DNA from: an uncultured Gemmatimonadales bacterium
Lineage (GTDB): Bacteria; Gemmatimonadota; Gemmatimonadetes; Longimicrobiales; RSA9
Direction: 5' to 3'
DNA length: 64,000 nt
NCBI GenBank assembly: GCA_963708135.1
Contig: OY970192.1
Location: 3,520,001 to 3,584,000, forward strand
This document shows, piece by piece, positions 1 to 9,432 of the stretch (within the stretch, counting starts at the first letter, position 1; every line of letters begins with the position of its first letter). A model generated the notes under the pieces. The model was not told the origin of the DNA, searched no databases, and saw only the letters and a program-made list of their open reading frames with translations. The position numbers and the translations under genes are program-made.

Positions 1-591
1 CCGCTTCCACTCCCCACGGTCGTACAGCAGGTGCGCCAGGTAGATCCGCGCCTCGTGCTGTTGCGCGTCGATCTGCAACGCCCGCCGCAGCCGGCGCCTC
101 GCCGCAACCTCGTCCCCCAGCCGGTGGAGCGTGTAGCCCAGCGCCGCCTCCGCCTCCGCACACTCCACCTGCGCCGCCGCCGCCTCTACGAAAACCTCGC
201 GCGCCTCGTTGAACAGCCGCTCGCGGTAGAGCGCCCGGCCCATCGAGAGCAGCAGGTCAATGTCCTCCAATGCGCCGATACGGCGCGCCTTCTCGAACAG
301 CTCCAGCGCCTCCTGCCGGCCCCCGAAGCGCAGCAGCACCTCGCCCAGCCCCACCAGCCCGTCCTCGTGCTCCGGATCCAGCACCAGCCCCCGCTCGAAC
401 GCCTGCCGTGCCCACCCGAACTCCTCCCGCGCCAGCCGGGTGTAGCCCAGCCCGACGTGCAGCTCGACCGAATGCGGATACAGCTGGAGGGCCTCCTTCA
501 GCGTGTCCAGCGCGCCGTCGTAATCTCCACTGTCGTAGAGCTTGTGCGCGCGTTCGTCGTACTCCTCTGAGCTGAGGAACGGAGCGGGCAT
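1..591 (-). CDS. Tetratricopeptide-repeat protein (3' end runs off the window)
   Basis: Not in the ORF track. Manual translation from ATG 591 (GAGGAGG upstream): MPAPFLSSEEYDERAHKLYDSGDYDGALDTLKEALQLYPHSVELHVGLGYTRLAREEFGWARQAFERGLVLDPEHEDGLVGLGEVLL, TPR-like helix pairs. Confidence 0.8.
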   Translation of the reverse strand, partial: MPAPFLSSEEYDERAHKLYDSGDYDGALDTLKEALQLYPHSVELHVGLGYTRLAREEFGWARQAFERGLVLDPEHEDGLVGLGEVLLRFGGRQEALELFEKARRIGALEDIDLLLSMGRALYRERLFNEAREVFVEAAAAQVECAEAEAALGYTLHRLGDEVAARRRLRRALQIDAQQHEARIYLAHLLYDRGEWKR

Positions 592-661
592 CAGCGCCTC
601 CTCTCGCCGCGAGAGATCCGTGGTGCGGAAGGTTCGGAAGAGACGCCGCGGAAGCGGCAAC

Positions 662-708
662 CACAATGTAATGTGCCGGGCAGCATCCTGCTACCCCCAC
701 ATCTGGTG
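662..708. promoter_or_regulatory. Tandem NrdR-box-like pseudo-palindromes
   Basis: CACAATGTAATGTG (662-675) and CCCCACATCTGGTG (695-708) resemble the NrdR consensus acaCwAtATaTwGtgt; starts 33 bp apart, upstream of the TPR gene. Confidence 0.5.
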
Positions 709-786
709 CTTCCGGCCCCCCTGGTGGCCGCCTTTGCCGCCCCCGACGCAGCACGGCAAGAGAGCGCCCCCCGAGCCTCGACGCTC

Positions 787-2772
787 TCAGCGTCCGGGCC
801 GCCCCGTGCCGGGGTTTGCAGTACCGGGGTTCGCAGTGCCGCCGTTCGCAGTGCCCCCGTTCGCGGTGCCGCCGTTCGCCCTCCCCCGCTCAGATGGGAG
901 CGGCGTGTCCTGCACGGGCGAGTAGAGCCAGGCCTGATCGACCGGCAGGCCGCGCGGGAAGCGGTCCCGGGCGGTGGGGTAGCGGTCGAAGGGGAGCCCG
1001 TACTTGCGATCGAGATAGAAGTTGATGGCGTTCGCCACGTAACCGGAGGCGATGTAGCCCTCGACGCCATGCTCGAGGAGCATGGCGGCGACGATCTCGG
1101 GGGAATCCTTGCCCTTGGGGCCGCCGATGCCGACAAACCAGGCGTGGTCGGGCCCGTGGGGATTCTGGGCGGTGCCGGTCTTGCCCATGAAGTCCCAGTC
1201 CTTGAGCCGGCTGAGGAAGGCGGTGCCGCCGGGCCCCACGACGCGGCGCAGCCCGCGACGCAGCCATTCGACCTGGTCGGGATCGAGTTGGAGGTCGAGG
1301 GTCGGCTTTCGGGGCTTGCCGTCATCGACCATGTGCGGCTCGGGCGCGCGCGCGTCCCAGCGCGCGAGGGCGGTGTAGATCTGGGCCATCTTGAGCGGGG
1401 TCATGGTGACGGCGCCCTGCCCGATGGCGAGGGACATGACCTCGGGCTCCTGGGGCCGATAGCCGAAGCGCTGCTGCATCCAGTCGAGGCTTGGCGGGAA
1501 GATCGGGGAGAACTCGCCAGGCACATCGATGCCGGTGCGGCTTCCGAAGCCGAGGCGTGTGCCCTCCTCCAGGAAGTTGCGCAGTCCGATCTTGATGCCG
1601 ACCTGGTAGAAGTAGACGTCGCAGGAGTTCTTGATGGCGCCTGGCAGGTCGAGGTATCCGTGGCCGGGCTTGTACCAGCAGCGGGCGTAGCGGCCCTGGT
1701 AGCTCATGCCGCCGGTGCAGGGCAGCGGCATGTGCTCGGTCGGGGTGATGTCGCCGTGCTCGAGGGCCATGGCAGCGACGGCCAGCTTGAAGGTGGAGCC
1801 GGGCGGCTGCGCTGCCTTGGCGGCGCGGTCGAGCAGGGGGATGCGGGGGTTCTCCCGCAGCGCGTTCCAGAGCCTGAGCGGGATGCCACCGACGAAGTCG
1901 TTGGGGTCGAATTCGGGCGAGCCGTAGTAGGCGAGGACGCCGCCGGTGGCGGGGTCGATCGCGATGAAGCCGCCATTCATGGAATCGGGGAAGATCTGCT
2001 CGACGTAGCGCTGGAGGTCGAGATCGAGGTAGAGGTGGAGATCGCGGCCGGGGATCGGCGGGAGGCCCATGCTCCTGGGGAGCCAGCGCTTGATGCGTCC
2101 CATGGCATCGACCTCGAGGTAGCGCATGCCGGGATTGCCGCCGAGCGTCGACTCATACTCCCGCTCGAGGCCGTCCTTGCCGATCCAGCGGCCCTGGCGA
2201 TAGCCGGTGAACTGCGGCAGGGCAAGCTCCTTCTCGCTGATCTCGGCCACGTAGCCGATGAAGTGGGAGACCGCGGGGCCGGCCTCGTAGTGGCGCTTCG
2301 GGTACTCGTCCACGAGCACGCGCGGGAAGAGGAACCGCCGCTCCTCGAGGCGGGCGACCTGAACCGGGTCGGCGTCGGACAGGACCACCATCGGCAGGTT
2401 GCGCTGGCGCAGCCACTTGCGCATGGCGGTCTGGAGGTCGCCGGGGGTGAGGTCGAGGATCGGCCGAAGGCGCTCGAGCTGCGCCTGGAGCGAGTCCTTC
2501 GGTCCGGGCATGAGCTCCACGCGATATGCCACGATATTGTCGGCGACGACGCGGCCATGGCGATCGTAGATCGCCCCTCGTGGTGCGGGCACGACCAGGG
2601 GCCGCAGCCGGTTCTCTCGCGCGAGGGTGGTGTACGCCTTGACGTCCATGACCTGCAGCTTCAGGAGCGCGAAGCCGAGGGCGAGCACGGTGACGACGGC
2701 CAGCACGCGCGCCCACTGGGCGCGGTTCCGGCGCAGGCCGAGAGGCGAAGTCCTTCGACTGGTCCGACGCAT
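787..2772 (-). CDS. mrdA: Penicillin-binding protein 2 (class B transpeptidase)
   Basis: N-terminal TM, PAPRGAIYDR, GKDGLE, SxxK (PGSTFK), SCDVYFY, KTG (GKTGTAQ), HAWF. Confidence 0.93.
   Translation of the reverse strand: MRRTSRRTSPLGLRRNRAQWARVLAVVTVLALGFALLKLQVMDVKAYTTLARENRLRPLVVPAPRGAIYDRHGRVVADNIVAYRVELMPGPKDSLQAQLERLRPILDLTPGDLQTAMRKWLRQRNLPMVVLSDADPVQVARLEERRFLFPRVLVDEYPKRHYEAGPAVSHFIGYVAEISEKELALPQFTGYRQGRWIGKDGLEREYESTLGGNPGMRYLEVDAMGRIKRWLPRSMGLPPIPGRDLHLYLDLDLQRYVEQIFPDSMNGGFIAIDPATGGVLAYYGSPEFDPNDFVGGIPLRLWNALRENPRIPLLDRAAKAAQPPGSTFKLAVAAMALEHGDITPTEHMPLPCTGGMSYQGRYARCWYKPGHGYLDLPGAIKNSCDVYFYQVGIKIGLRNFLEEGTRLGFGSRTGIDVPGEFSPIFPPSLDWMQQRFGYRPQEPEVMSLAIGQGAVTMTPLKMAQIYTALARWDARAPEPHMVDDGKPRKPTLDLQLDPDQVEWLRRGLRRVVGPGGTAFLSRLKDWDFMGKTGTAQNPHGPDHAWFVGIGGPKGKDSPEIVAAMLLEHGVEGYIASGYVANAINFYLDRKYGLPFDRYPTARDRFPRGLPVDQAWLYSPVQDTPLPSERGRANGGTANGGTANGGTANPGTANPGTGRPGR
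806..880. repeat. 5 x 15-bp tandem repeat encoding the PBP2 tail (ANGGT)3(ANPGT)2
   Basis: Units GTGCCGGGGTTTGCA, GTACCGGGGTTCGCA, GTGCCGCCGTTCGCA, GTGCCCCCGTTCGCG, GTGCCGCCGTTCGCC. Confidence 0.95.
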
Positions 2773-2878
2773 CTTCCTCTATCGAGCTACGGGCGCGGCG
2801 GGTCCAGGGTACCCCGCCGGCACACGCGAATCGCGAAGGGTGTCGGAGCAGCGGTGGGCAAGTGCCGTTCCGCGCGCT

Positions 2879-4246
2879 TCAGGCGCGGCCGACCTCCTCG
2901 AGCCCGAACTTGCGAAGCTTCTCGTAGAGCGTCGCGCGGGAGATGCCGAGGGAGCGCGCGGCCTGGGAGCGGTTGCCGCCACGGTGGGTCAGGACGGCGG
3001 CTATGTGGGCCCGCTCGACCTCCTCGAGGCTGAGATCGAGGTCGAACGCGCGCGGCTGCTCGGGGAGCGGCCGCCCCAGCTCGGGCGGCAGGTGCTCGGG
3101 CCGGATCTCTCCGTCAGCGCCGCGCAGGAGCAGCACGCGCTCGAGCACGTTGCGCAGCTCGCGGATGTTGCCGGGCCAGGCGTAGGCGGCGAGCAGCCGC
3201 AATGCTTCGGGGTCGACGCGCACTGGAGCCAGCCCCATGCGCCGACACAGGTCCGCGGTGGCGCTGAGGGCGAGGTCCACGATGTCGTCGCGGCTGCGCT
3301 CGCGCAGCGGTGGGAGGCGCACGGGCAGGACGGCCAGCCGATAGTAGAGGTCGCCGCGGAACTCGCCCGTGCGGACCCCGGCCTCCAGATCGTGGTTGGT
3401 GGCGGCGACGACGCGCACGTCCACCTCGATCTCGCGCGTCCCGCCCAGCCGCCGAAATTTCCGGCTCTCGATGACCTTCAGCAGCTTCGGCTGCAGCTCG
3501 GTCGCGAGATCGCCCACCTCGTCGAGGAAGAGCGTGCCGCCGTCGGCGATCTCGAAGAGCCCGCGCTTCTGCGCGCGCGCATCCGTGAAGGCGCCCTTCT
3601 CGTGGCCGAAGAGCTCCGAGTCGAGGAAGGTCGCCGTCAGGCCCGCGCAGTTGATGTTGACGAACGGCCCGGCCGCGCGGGCGGAGCGGGTGTGGATGAG
3701 GTGGGCGAGATACCCCTTGCCCGTGCCGGTCTCGCCCAGGAGCAGCGCGGTCGTGTCGCTGCGGGCGAGCAGCTCCACCTGCTCCGTGACCGCACGCATC
3801 GCGCGCGACCGGCCGAGCTCGAAGCCGATCCCCTCTCCCTCCGCCTGGCGCTCCGCGAAGAAGCGGTTGCGGCGGCGCAGCTCGACCTTCTCGTAAGCGC
3901 GCTCCGCCGCGGCTTCCAGGTGCGCCAGCTCGACGGGCTTGGTGAGGAAGTTCTCCGCGCCCAGCCGCATCGCCTCGACTGCGCTCGCGATGTCGCCGTG
4001 GCCCGTCAGCAGGATGACGGTGGCATCGGCATCTCGCCGGCGCAGCACCTCGAGCAGCCGCATGCCGGAGAGGCCGGGAAGGTCGAGGTCGAGGATGACC
4101 AGGTCCGGCCGGTCCTGCTCGTAGAGCTGCGCCCCCAGCCGCCCATCGGCGGCGCGGGAGACCAGCCAGCCACGCGACTCGAAGAACCGCTCGAGCAGCG
4201 AGAGGATCGCCGGATCATCGTCGATGAGGAGCACGGACCGGCTCAT
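2879..4246 (-). CDS. Sigma-54-dependent response regulator (REC-AAA+-Fis HTH, NtrC family)
   Basis: LLIDDD...LDLDLPG receiver; GETGTGK Walker A; ELFGHEKGAFTDA; LFLDEVGD; WPGNIREL; GNRSQAARSLGISRATLYEKL. Confidence 0.95.
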   Translation of the reverse strand: MSRSVLLIDDDPAILSLLERFFESRGWLVSRAADGRLGAQLYEQDRPDLVILDLDLPGLSGMRLLEVLRRRDADATVILLTGHGDIASAVEAMRLGAENFLTKPVELAHLEAAAERAYEKVELRRRNRFFAERQAEGEGIGFELGRSRAMRAVTEQVELLARSDTTALLLGETGTGKGYLAHLIHTRSARAAGPFVNINCAGLTATFLDSELFGHEKGAFTDARAQKRGLFEIADGGTLFLDEVGDLATELQPKLLKVIESRKFRRLGGTREIEVDVRVVAATNHDLEAGVRTGEFRGDLYYRLAVLPVRLPPLRERSRDDIVDLALSATADLCRRMGLAPVRVDPEALRLLAAYAWPGNIRELRNVLERVLLLRGADGEIRPEHLPPELGRPLPEQPRAFDLDLSLEEVERAHIAAVLTHRGGNRSQAARSLGISRATLYEKLRKFGLEEVGRA

Positions 4247-5694
4247 CGCTCCTCGCCGCGGAGGCCGGCGCCGCCATCCGCGGGGACGGGCGCGGCCGCG
4301 CTGTCGACTTCGAGGGGCGCCGAGCCGCCCGTTTCCGGCGCTTCGGCGGCACGCACGGGGACGAGGAACCGCACGCGCGTGACCCGCCGCTCCTGCGCCT
4401 CCTCCACGATCAGGCGGGCGCCCGACTCGAGCGCCACCACGTCGCCGGGCTGCGGCACGCGCCCGAGCTCGCCGAAGATGAATCCGCCGAGAGTGTCGAA
4501 ATCGCGCTCCGGCAGGCCGAGCCGGAAGCGCTCGTTGACCTCGCCGATGCTCGCGCCGCCGTCGATGAGGACGTCGCCCTCGGCGGTGACGGTGAACTCC
4601 TCGGGCTCCGGCTGGTCGTACTCGTCGTAGATGTCGCCCACGATCTCCTCGAGCAGATCCTCCAGCGTGACGAGCCCCTCGGTGCCGCCGAACTCATCGA
4701 GCACGATGGCCAGGTGCGGCTTCTGCGCCCGGAACTCCGAGAGCAGGTCGCTCACCGGCTTCGTGTCCGGGATGAAATGCGGCTCCCGCACCACGGAACG
4801 CAGATCGAACCGACCTTCACCGGCCATGAGCTGTGCGACCAGATCCTTCACGAACAGCACGCCGACCACGCTGTCGAGGTTGCCCTCGTACACGGGGATG
4901 CGCGAGTGAGCCTCCTGCGTCACCACGCGCAGCACCTCCTCGCGTGGCGCATCCAGCGGGAGCGCGACAATGTCCCGGCGCGGAGTCATGACTTCGCGGG
5001 CGACGAGGTCGCCGAACTCGAAGACGCCGCGGATCATCCGTTCCTCCCCTTCCTCCACGAAACCCTCCTGATGGCTCTCTTCCACCAGGATCCGGATCTC
5101 CTCCGGCGTATGCGCCAGCGTATGCACGCCCGTGGCACGCATGCCGAGGAGGCGCATCACCAGCCCCGCAGACCCGGTCATGCCCCGGATGAAGGGGCGT
5201 AACGCGGCACCGAACAGCTGCGTCGGCCGCACCGTGGACAGCGCAACGCGCTCCGCCCGCTGGATCGAGATCATCTTCGGCACCTGCTCGCCGAGCACGA
5301 CGTGCAGATAGGTGACGAGGGCCAGCGTGAGGGCCGTCGCGGCCACGTGGGCCACGGCAGACGCATCGCGCACGAGCGGCAGCGCCGCGGCCCAGGCGCG
5401 CAGCGGCAGCTGGTCGCCGTACGCCAGCAGCACGGCATGGAGCACGCCCTCCGAGATGTAGCCGATGCCGATCGAGGCCAGCGTGATGCCGAGCTGCGCC
5501 GCGGAGATGAAGTCATCCGGGCGGTCGAGCGCCGCCATGACATGGCGCGCGCGCGTGTGTCCGGCGCGCACGAGCTGCTCCACGCGCGACCGGCGGACGG
5601 CCACCAGGGAAAACTCGGCTGCGACGAAGTAGGCGTTGATGCCGACGAGCACCAACACGGAAAGAAGGCTGAGGACTATACTCGCGGGGTCCAT
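4243..5694 (-). CDS. HlyC/CorC (CNNM) family membrane protein with CBS pair
   Basis: NAYFVAAEFSL, QLGITLAS, HVVLGEQVPK, EVMTPR, HSRIPVY, LDEFGGTEGLVTLEDLLEEIVGDI. Start moved to ATG 5694 (MDPAS); stop overlaps the regulator start (ATGA). Confidence 0.92.
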   Translation of the reverse strand: MDPASIVLSLLSVLVLVGINAYFVAAEFSLVAVRRSRVEQLVRAGHTRARHVMAALDRPDDFISAAQLGITLASIGIGYISEGVLHAVLLAYGDQLPLRAWAAALPLVRDASAVAHVAATALTLALVTYLHVVLGEQVPKMISIQRAERVALSTVRPTQLFGAALRPFIRGMTGSAGLVMRLLGMRATGVHTLAHTPEEIRILVEESHQEGFVEEGEERMIRGVFEFGDLVAREVMTPRRDIVALPLDAPREEVLRVVTQEAHSRIPVYEGNLDSVVGVLFVKDLVAQLMAGEGRFDLRSVVREPHFIPDTKPVSDLLSEFRAQKPHLAIVLDEFGGTEGLVTLEDLLEEIVGDIYDEYDQPEPEEFTVTAEGDVLIDGGASIGEVNERFRLGLPERDFDTLGGFIFGELGRVPQPGDVVALESGARLIVEEAQERRVTRVRFLVPVRAAEAPETGGSAPLEVDSAAAPVPADGGAGLRGEER

Positions 5695-5763
5695 ATGGGG
5701 ACGGGCCCGCCGCCACGCCCCGCCCGGCCGTGAGCCAGCGGGGCGCGGGGCACGCACGGCGGG

Positions 5764-6087
5764 TCAGGCTGCGTTTGCTTCCTCTCTCGAGAGCGCAGTA
5801 TGTTCCTTGCCGTGCGGAATCACCGGCTGGCAGAAGCGGATGCCCAGGGCCCTCAACTCATCCAGCTCCGGCTTCGCAAGCTCCGGGTACCTCTCGGTCA
5901 TGAAGCCGACCGTCTCCTCCATCCATTCGCGCTGCGCATCTGCGGGCGCATCGAGGACGCCGCACTCCCGGATTGCCCGGAAAAGCTCGTCCCGCGCCCT
6001 GTCCATCGGGCGCGCGCGGTGTTTGCGATCATCTCTCCTACGTGCCAAACCGGCTCCTTTCGCCAAGTGGAAGTCTCGCTTCTGCAT
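5764..6087 (-). CDS. Small hypothetical protein (107 aa)
   Basis: Protein-like composition (RARDELFRAIRECGVL...ERYPEL...LRALGIRFCQP); fills the gap co-directionally with the CNNM gene. Confidence 0.7.
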   Translation of the reverse strand: MQKRDFHLAKGAGLARRRDDRKHRARPMDRARDELFRAIRECGVLDAPADAQREWMEETVGFMTERYPELAKPELDELRALGIRFCQPVIPHGKEHTALSREEANAA

Positions 6088-6148
6088 GAAGATACACGTG
6101 GTGTGCCACCCCTATGCAGCCCATGAAATATAGGGCATCGCGCTCCCC

Positions 6149-7768
6149 ATGAAAAGACCGATCCCCGGTTTCGATCCGGTGCGTCTGGAGATCTACCGCC
6201 ACCTCTTCACCGCGCTGGCGGAGGAGATGGGCGCCGCGCTGCGCCTGGCGGCCTTCTCCCCCAACATCAAGGAGCGCCGCGACTACTCGTGCGCGGTATT
6301 CGATGGCAGCGGGCGAGTGGTGGCGATGGGGGACCACATGCCGGTGCACCTGGGCGCCATGCCGATGAGCGTGGCCGCGGCGCTGGACGCCCTCGGGCCA
6401 CTGTCGGCCGGGGATGTGGTGGCGTTGAACGACCCCTACCGCGGCGGCACGCACCTCCCCGACATCACCCTCGTGGCGGCGGTGGCCGGAGAGGAGGGGC
6501 CGCTGGCCTATCTGGCGGCGCGGGCGCATCACGCGGACGTGGGCGGGGTGACGGCGGGGTCGATGCCGCTGGCGCGCGAGATCTACCAGGAAGGACTGCG
6601 GCTTCCGCCGGTGCGGCTCCTTGCCCAGGGACGGCGGGTGGAGGATGTCTGGCATCTGATCGAGGCGAACGTCCGAACGCCGGAGGAGCGTGCCGGCGAC
6701 CTGTCGGCGCAGGTGGCGGCGCTCACGGCGGGAGAGCGTCGCCTGCGGGAGCTGGTGGAGCGGCGCGGCGCGGCGGAGGTCCGGAGCGCGATGGCGGCAC
6801 TGCTGGCGTACGCCGACCGGCTGGTGCGGACCGGGATCGCGCGCATCCCGCCCGGCCGCTACGAGGCGGCGGACGTGATGGACGACGACGGCTTCGGCTC
6901 CGGTCCGCTTCCGATCCGCGCCGCCATCACGGTGACCGGAGAAACGCTGACCGTGGACTTCACGGGGACGGCGCCGCAGGCGGAGGGGGGCATCAACGCG
7001 GTGGCGGCGATCACGACCTCGTGCGTCCGCTACGTCGTCCGCTGCGTGGTCGAGGCGCTGCTCGGCCAGGCGCTGCCGGCCGGAGGCGGCGCGATGGATG
7101 CCGTGCGGCTGGTCCTCCCGCCCGGCTCGCTGGTGGACGCGCGCCCGCCGGCGAGCGTGGCGGCCGGGAACGTCGAGACCTCGCAGCGGATCACGGACGT
7201 CGTGCTCTCGGCGCTCGCCGGGGCGCTTCCCGACCTCATCCCGGCGGCCTCGCAAGGCACGATGAACAACCTGACGATCGGCGGGCTCGACCCGCGCACG
7301 GGCCGGCCGTTCGCGTATTACGAGACGATCGCCGGCGGCATGGGTGGGGGGCCGGGAGGCCCAGGTCTGTCCGGAGTCCACGTCCACATGACCAACTCGC
7401 TGAACACCCCGATCGAGGCGCTCGAGCATGCCTATCCGCTACGCGTTCGCCGCTACGCGTTGCGCCGGGGCAGCGGCGGCACCGGACTCCACCCGGGCGG
7501 GGAGGGGGTGCGGCGGGATGTGGAGGTGCTGGGCGACGCCGACGTGAGCCTGCTGAGCGAGCGCCGCGCGAGCCGGCCGCCGGGCGCGGCGGGTGGAGGC
7601 GCGGGGGCGGCGGGCGAGAACGCGCTGATCCGGGGCGGCGAGGCGCGGCCGCTCCCCGCCAAGACCACGTTCCGTGCGCGCGCCGGCGACACCGTCAGCA
7701 TCCGCACGCCGGGCGGCGGCGGGTGGGGCGAGGCGCCGCGGAGCGGCGACGGCCTCAATCGGGCTTGA
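6149..7768 (+). CDS. Hydantoinase B / 5-oxoprolinase beta-subunit family
   Basis: FSPNIKERRDYSCA, PVHLGAM, NDPYRGGTHLPDITL, HHADVGG, YYETIAGGMG, HMTNSLNTPIE, TPGGGGWG. Confidence 0.95.
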   Translation: MKRPIPGFDPVRLEIYRHLFTALAEEMGAALRLAAFSPNIKERRDYSCAVFDGSGRVVAMGDHMPVHLGAMPMSVAAALDALGPLSAGDVVALNDPYRGGTHLPDITLVAAVAGEEGPLAYLAARAHHADVGGVTAGSMPLAREIYQEGLRLPPVRLLAQGRRVEDVWHLIEANVRTPEERAGDLSAQVAALTAGERRLRELVERRGAAEVRSAMAALLAYADRLVRTGIARIPPGRYEAADVMDDDGFGSGPLPIRAAITVTGETLTVDFTGTAPQAEGGINAVAAITTSCVRYVVRCVVEALLGQALPAGGGAMDAVRLVLPPGSLVDARPPASVAAGNVETSQRITDVVLSALAGALPDLIPAASQGTMNNLTIGGLDPRTGRPFAYYETIAGGMGGGPGGPGLSGVHVHMTNSLNTPIEALEHAYPLRVRRYALRRGSGGTGLHPGGEGVRRDVEVLGDADVSLLSERRASRPPGAAGGGAGAAGENALIRGGEARPLPAKTTFRARAGDTVSIRTPGGGGWGEAPRSGDGLNRA

Positions 7769-8411
7769 GCAGCCCCGTCCGGAGCGCGAAGCGGACGAGC
7801 TCGGACCGGTGGTTCAGTCCGAGCTTCTCCATGATGCGGGAGCGGTACGTGTCGACGGTCTTGGGGGAGATGAACAGCTTGCGGCCGATCTCGGCCGAGC
7901 TGAACCCCTCCGCAGTCTGGCCGAGCACCTCCCGCTCCCGGTCACTCAGCACGGACAGCGGACTCTTCTCCCTGTCCTCCTCCGCCTGCTTGTAGCGCCG
8001 CAGCAGGAGGCGCGTCGCGCTGGGATAGAGGAACACTTCGTCACGCGCCACGGTGCGAAGCGCCTGGATCAGGTCCAGGTCGGCGCTGGTCTTGGTGACG
8101 TAGCCGCTGCCGCCCGCCTCGAGCACGGGCAGAAGATACTCCTCCTCCGCGTGCACCGTCAGGACCAGGACCTTCGTGCCGAGACCCATCTCCGCGATCT
8201 TCTTCGTCGCTTCCAGCCCACCCATCCCCGGCATCGAGAGGTCCATCACCACCACGTCCGGCTTCAGCGCCTTCACCTTGTCGATGGATTCCTCCCCCGT
8301 CGCGGCCTCCCCCACCACGCGCAGGTCCTCCTCCGCATCCAGCAGCGCCTTCAGCCCCGCCCGCAGCACGGTGTGGTCATCCACGAGCACCAAGCGGATC
8401 ACATCAGACAC
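7755..8411 (-). CDS. NarL/LuxR-family response regulator
   Basis: LVDDH, MDLSMPG, LSDREREVL...ISPKTVDTYRSRIMEKLGL. GTG start 8411 after AAGGAGG, overlapping the kinase stop. Confidence 0.93.
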   Translation of the reverse strand: MSDVIRLVLVDDHTVLRAGLKALLDAEEDLRVVGEAATGEESIDKVKALKPDVVVMDLSMPGMGGLEATKKIAEMGLGTKVLVLTVHAEEEYLLPVLEAGGSGYVTKTSADLDLIQALRTVARDEVFLYPSATRLLLRRYKQAEEDREKSPLSVLSDREREVLGQTAEGFSSAEIGRKLFISPKTVDTYRSRIMEKLGLNHRSELVRFALRTGLLKPD

Positions 8412-9432
8412 CGGCCCCTCCTTCGCGCACCGGGATCTCCGCCACGACACGCGTTCCCCTGCCTGGTTCACTCTCCACGGCCACCCGCCCCCCCACGTAC
8501 GAAGCCCGCTCCTGCATCCCGAACAGTCCCAGCCCCTTGCCCGTCTCGCTCATCGTCTCGCCCACGGCGAACCCCATGCCGTCATCCTCCACCGAGGCCA
8601 CCACACGCCCATCCTCCCGCGCCACCCGCACCTTCACCCGGCTCGCCTGCGCGTGGCGCGCCACGTTCGTCAGCGCCTCCTGCACGATCCGGTACAGCGC
8701 CAGCTCCGCCTCCGGCCGCAGCACCCCCTCCAGCGGCTGGCCATCCAGGTCCAGCCCGATCCCCACCGCCTCTGCCAGTCCGCGCGCATACGCTTCCAGC
8801 GCCGGAACCAGTCCCAACTCGTCCAGCGCCGGGGGACGCAGCCCCCGCGCGAACCGGCGAACCCCATCCAGCGCCTGCGATACCTCCTCCCGCACCTCCT
8901 CCAGCAGCGCCACCCGCCGCGCCGGATCCTCCGTGCGCTGCAGCACCCGCAAACGGATCAGCAGCGCCGCCAGCATCTGCGCCGTCTCGTCGTGCAGCTC
9001 CCGCGCGATCCGCTTGCGCTCCTCCTCCGCCGCCGTCAGCGCCTGCGCTGCCAGCTTGCGCAGCCGCTCCCGGTACTCCGCCAGGCCGTCCAGCATGGCG
9101 TTGAACGTCCGCACCAGCCCTTCAAGCTCCGCATCCGACAGCGGCGACTCCGGCGCCCTCGCCCCCAGATCCCCGGCCTGGACCTCCCGCGCCGTGTCCT
9201 CCAGCTCCCGTAGCGGCTCCAGCGCCAGACGCACGATCACGCCGTTCACCACCACGCTCAGCGCCACCCCAAGTACCACCAGCGGGAGGACGAGGTGCCC
9301 CGGCTCCCCGCCCCCATGCGTCCGCGCCCACGAGCTCACCACCAGCCCTCCCAGCACCGAGCTCGCCGCCACGAGGACCGCATTCGCGATCAGGATCTTG
9401 TAGAACAGCGAAACACGCAGCAGGCGGCGCAT
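8404..9432 (-). CDS. Sensor histidine kinase (2 TM, HAMP, HisKA_3, HATPase)
   Basis: EEERKRIARELHDE, LRPPALDELGL, QEALTNVARHA, VEDDGMGF, GLGLFGMQER. Start moved to ATG 9432 (MRRLLR). Confidence 0.92.
   Translation of the reverse strand: MRRLLRVSLFYKILIANAVLVAASSVLGGLVVSSWARTHGGGEPGHLVLPLVVLGVALSVVVNGVIVRLALEPLRELEDTAREVQAGDLGARAPESPLSDAELEGLVRTFNAMLDGLAEYRERLRKLAAQALTAAEEERKRIARELHDETAQMLAALLIRLRVLQRTEDPARRVALLEEVREEVSQALDGVRRFARGLRPPALDELGLVPALEAYARGLAEAVGIGLDLDGQPLEGVLRPEAELALYRIVQEALTNVARHAQASRVKVRVAREDGRVVASVEDDGMGFAVGETMSETGKGLGLFGMQERASYVGGRVAVESEPGRGTRVVAEIPVREGGAGV

Noticed and set aside
806..880. 15-bp repeat as CRISPR or iteron
   Set aside because: In-frame coding repeat inside mrdA with mostly synonymous variation.
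673..4630. Long antisense ORFs (673-3033 and 2627-4630; likewise 19438-21525, 28157-30475, 32779-35355, 52225-54639, 54963-57209)
   Set aside because: Shadow ORFs opposite well-supported genes; expected in high-GC DNA; no recognisable motifs.
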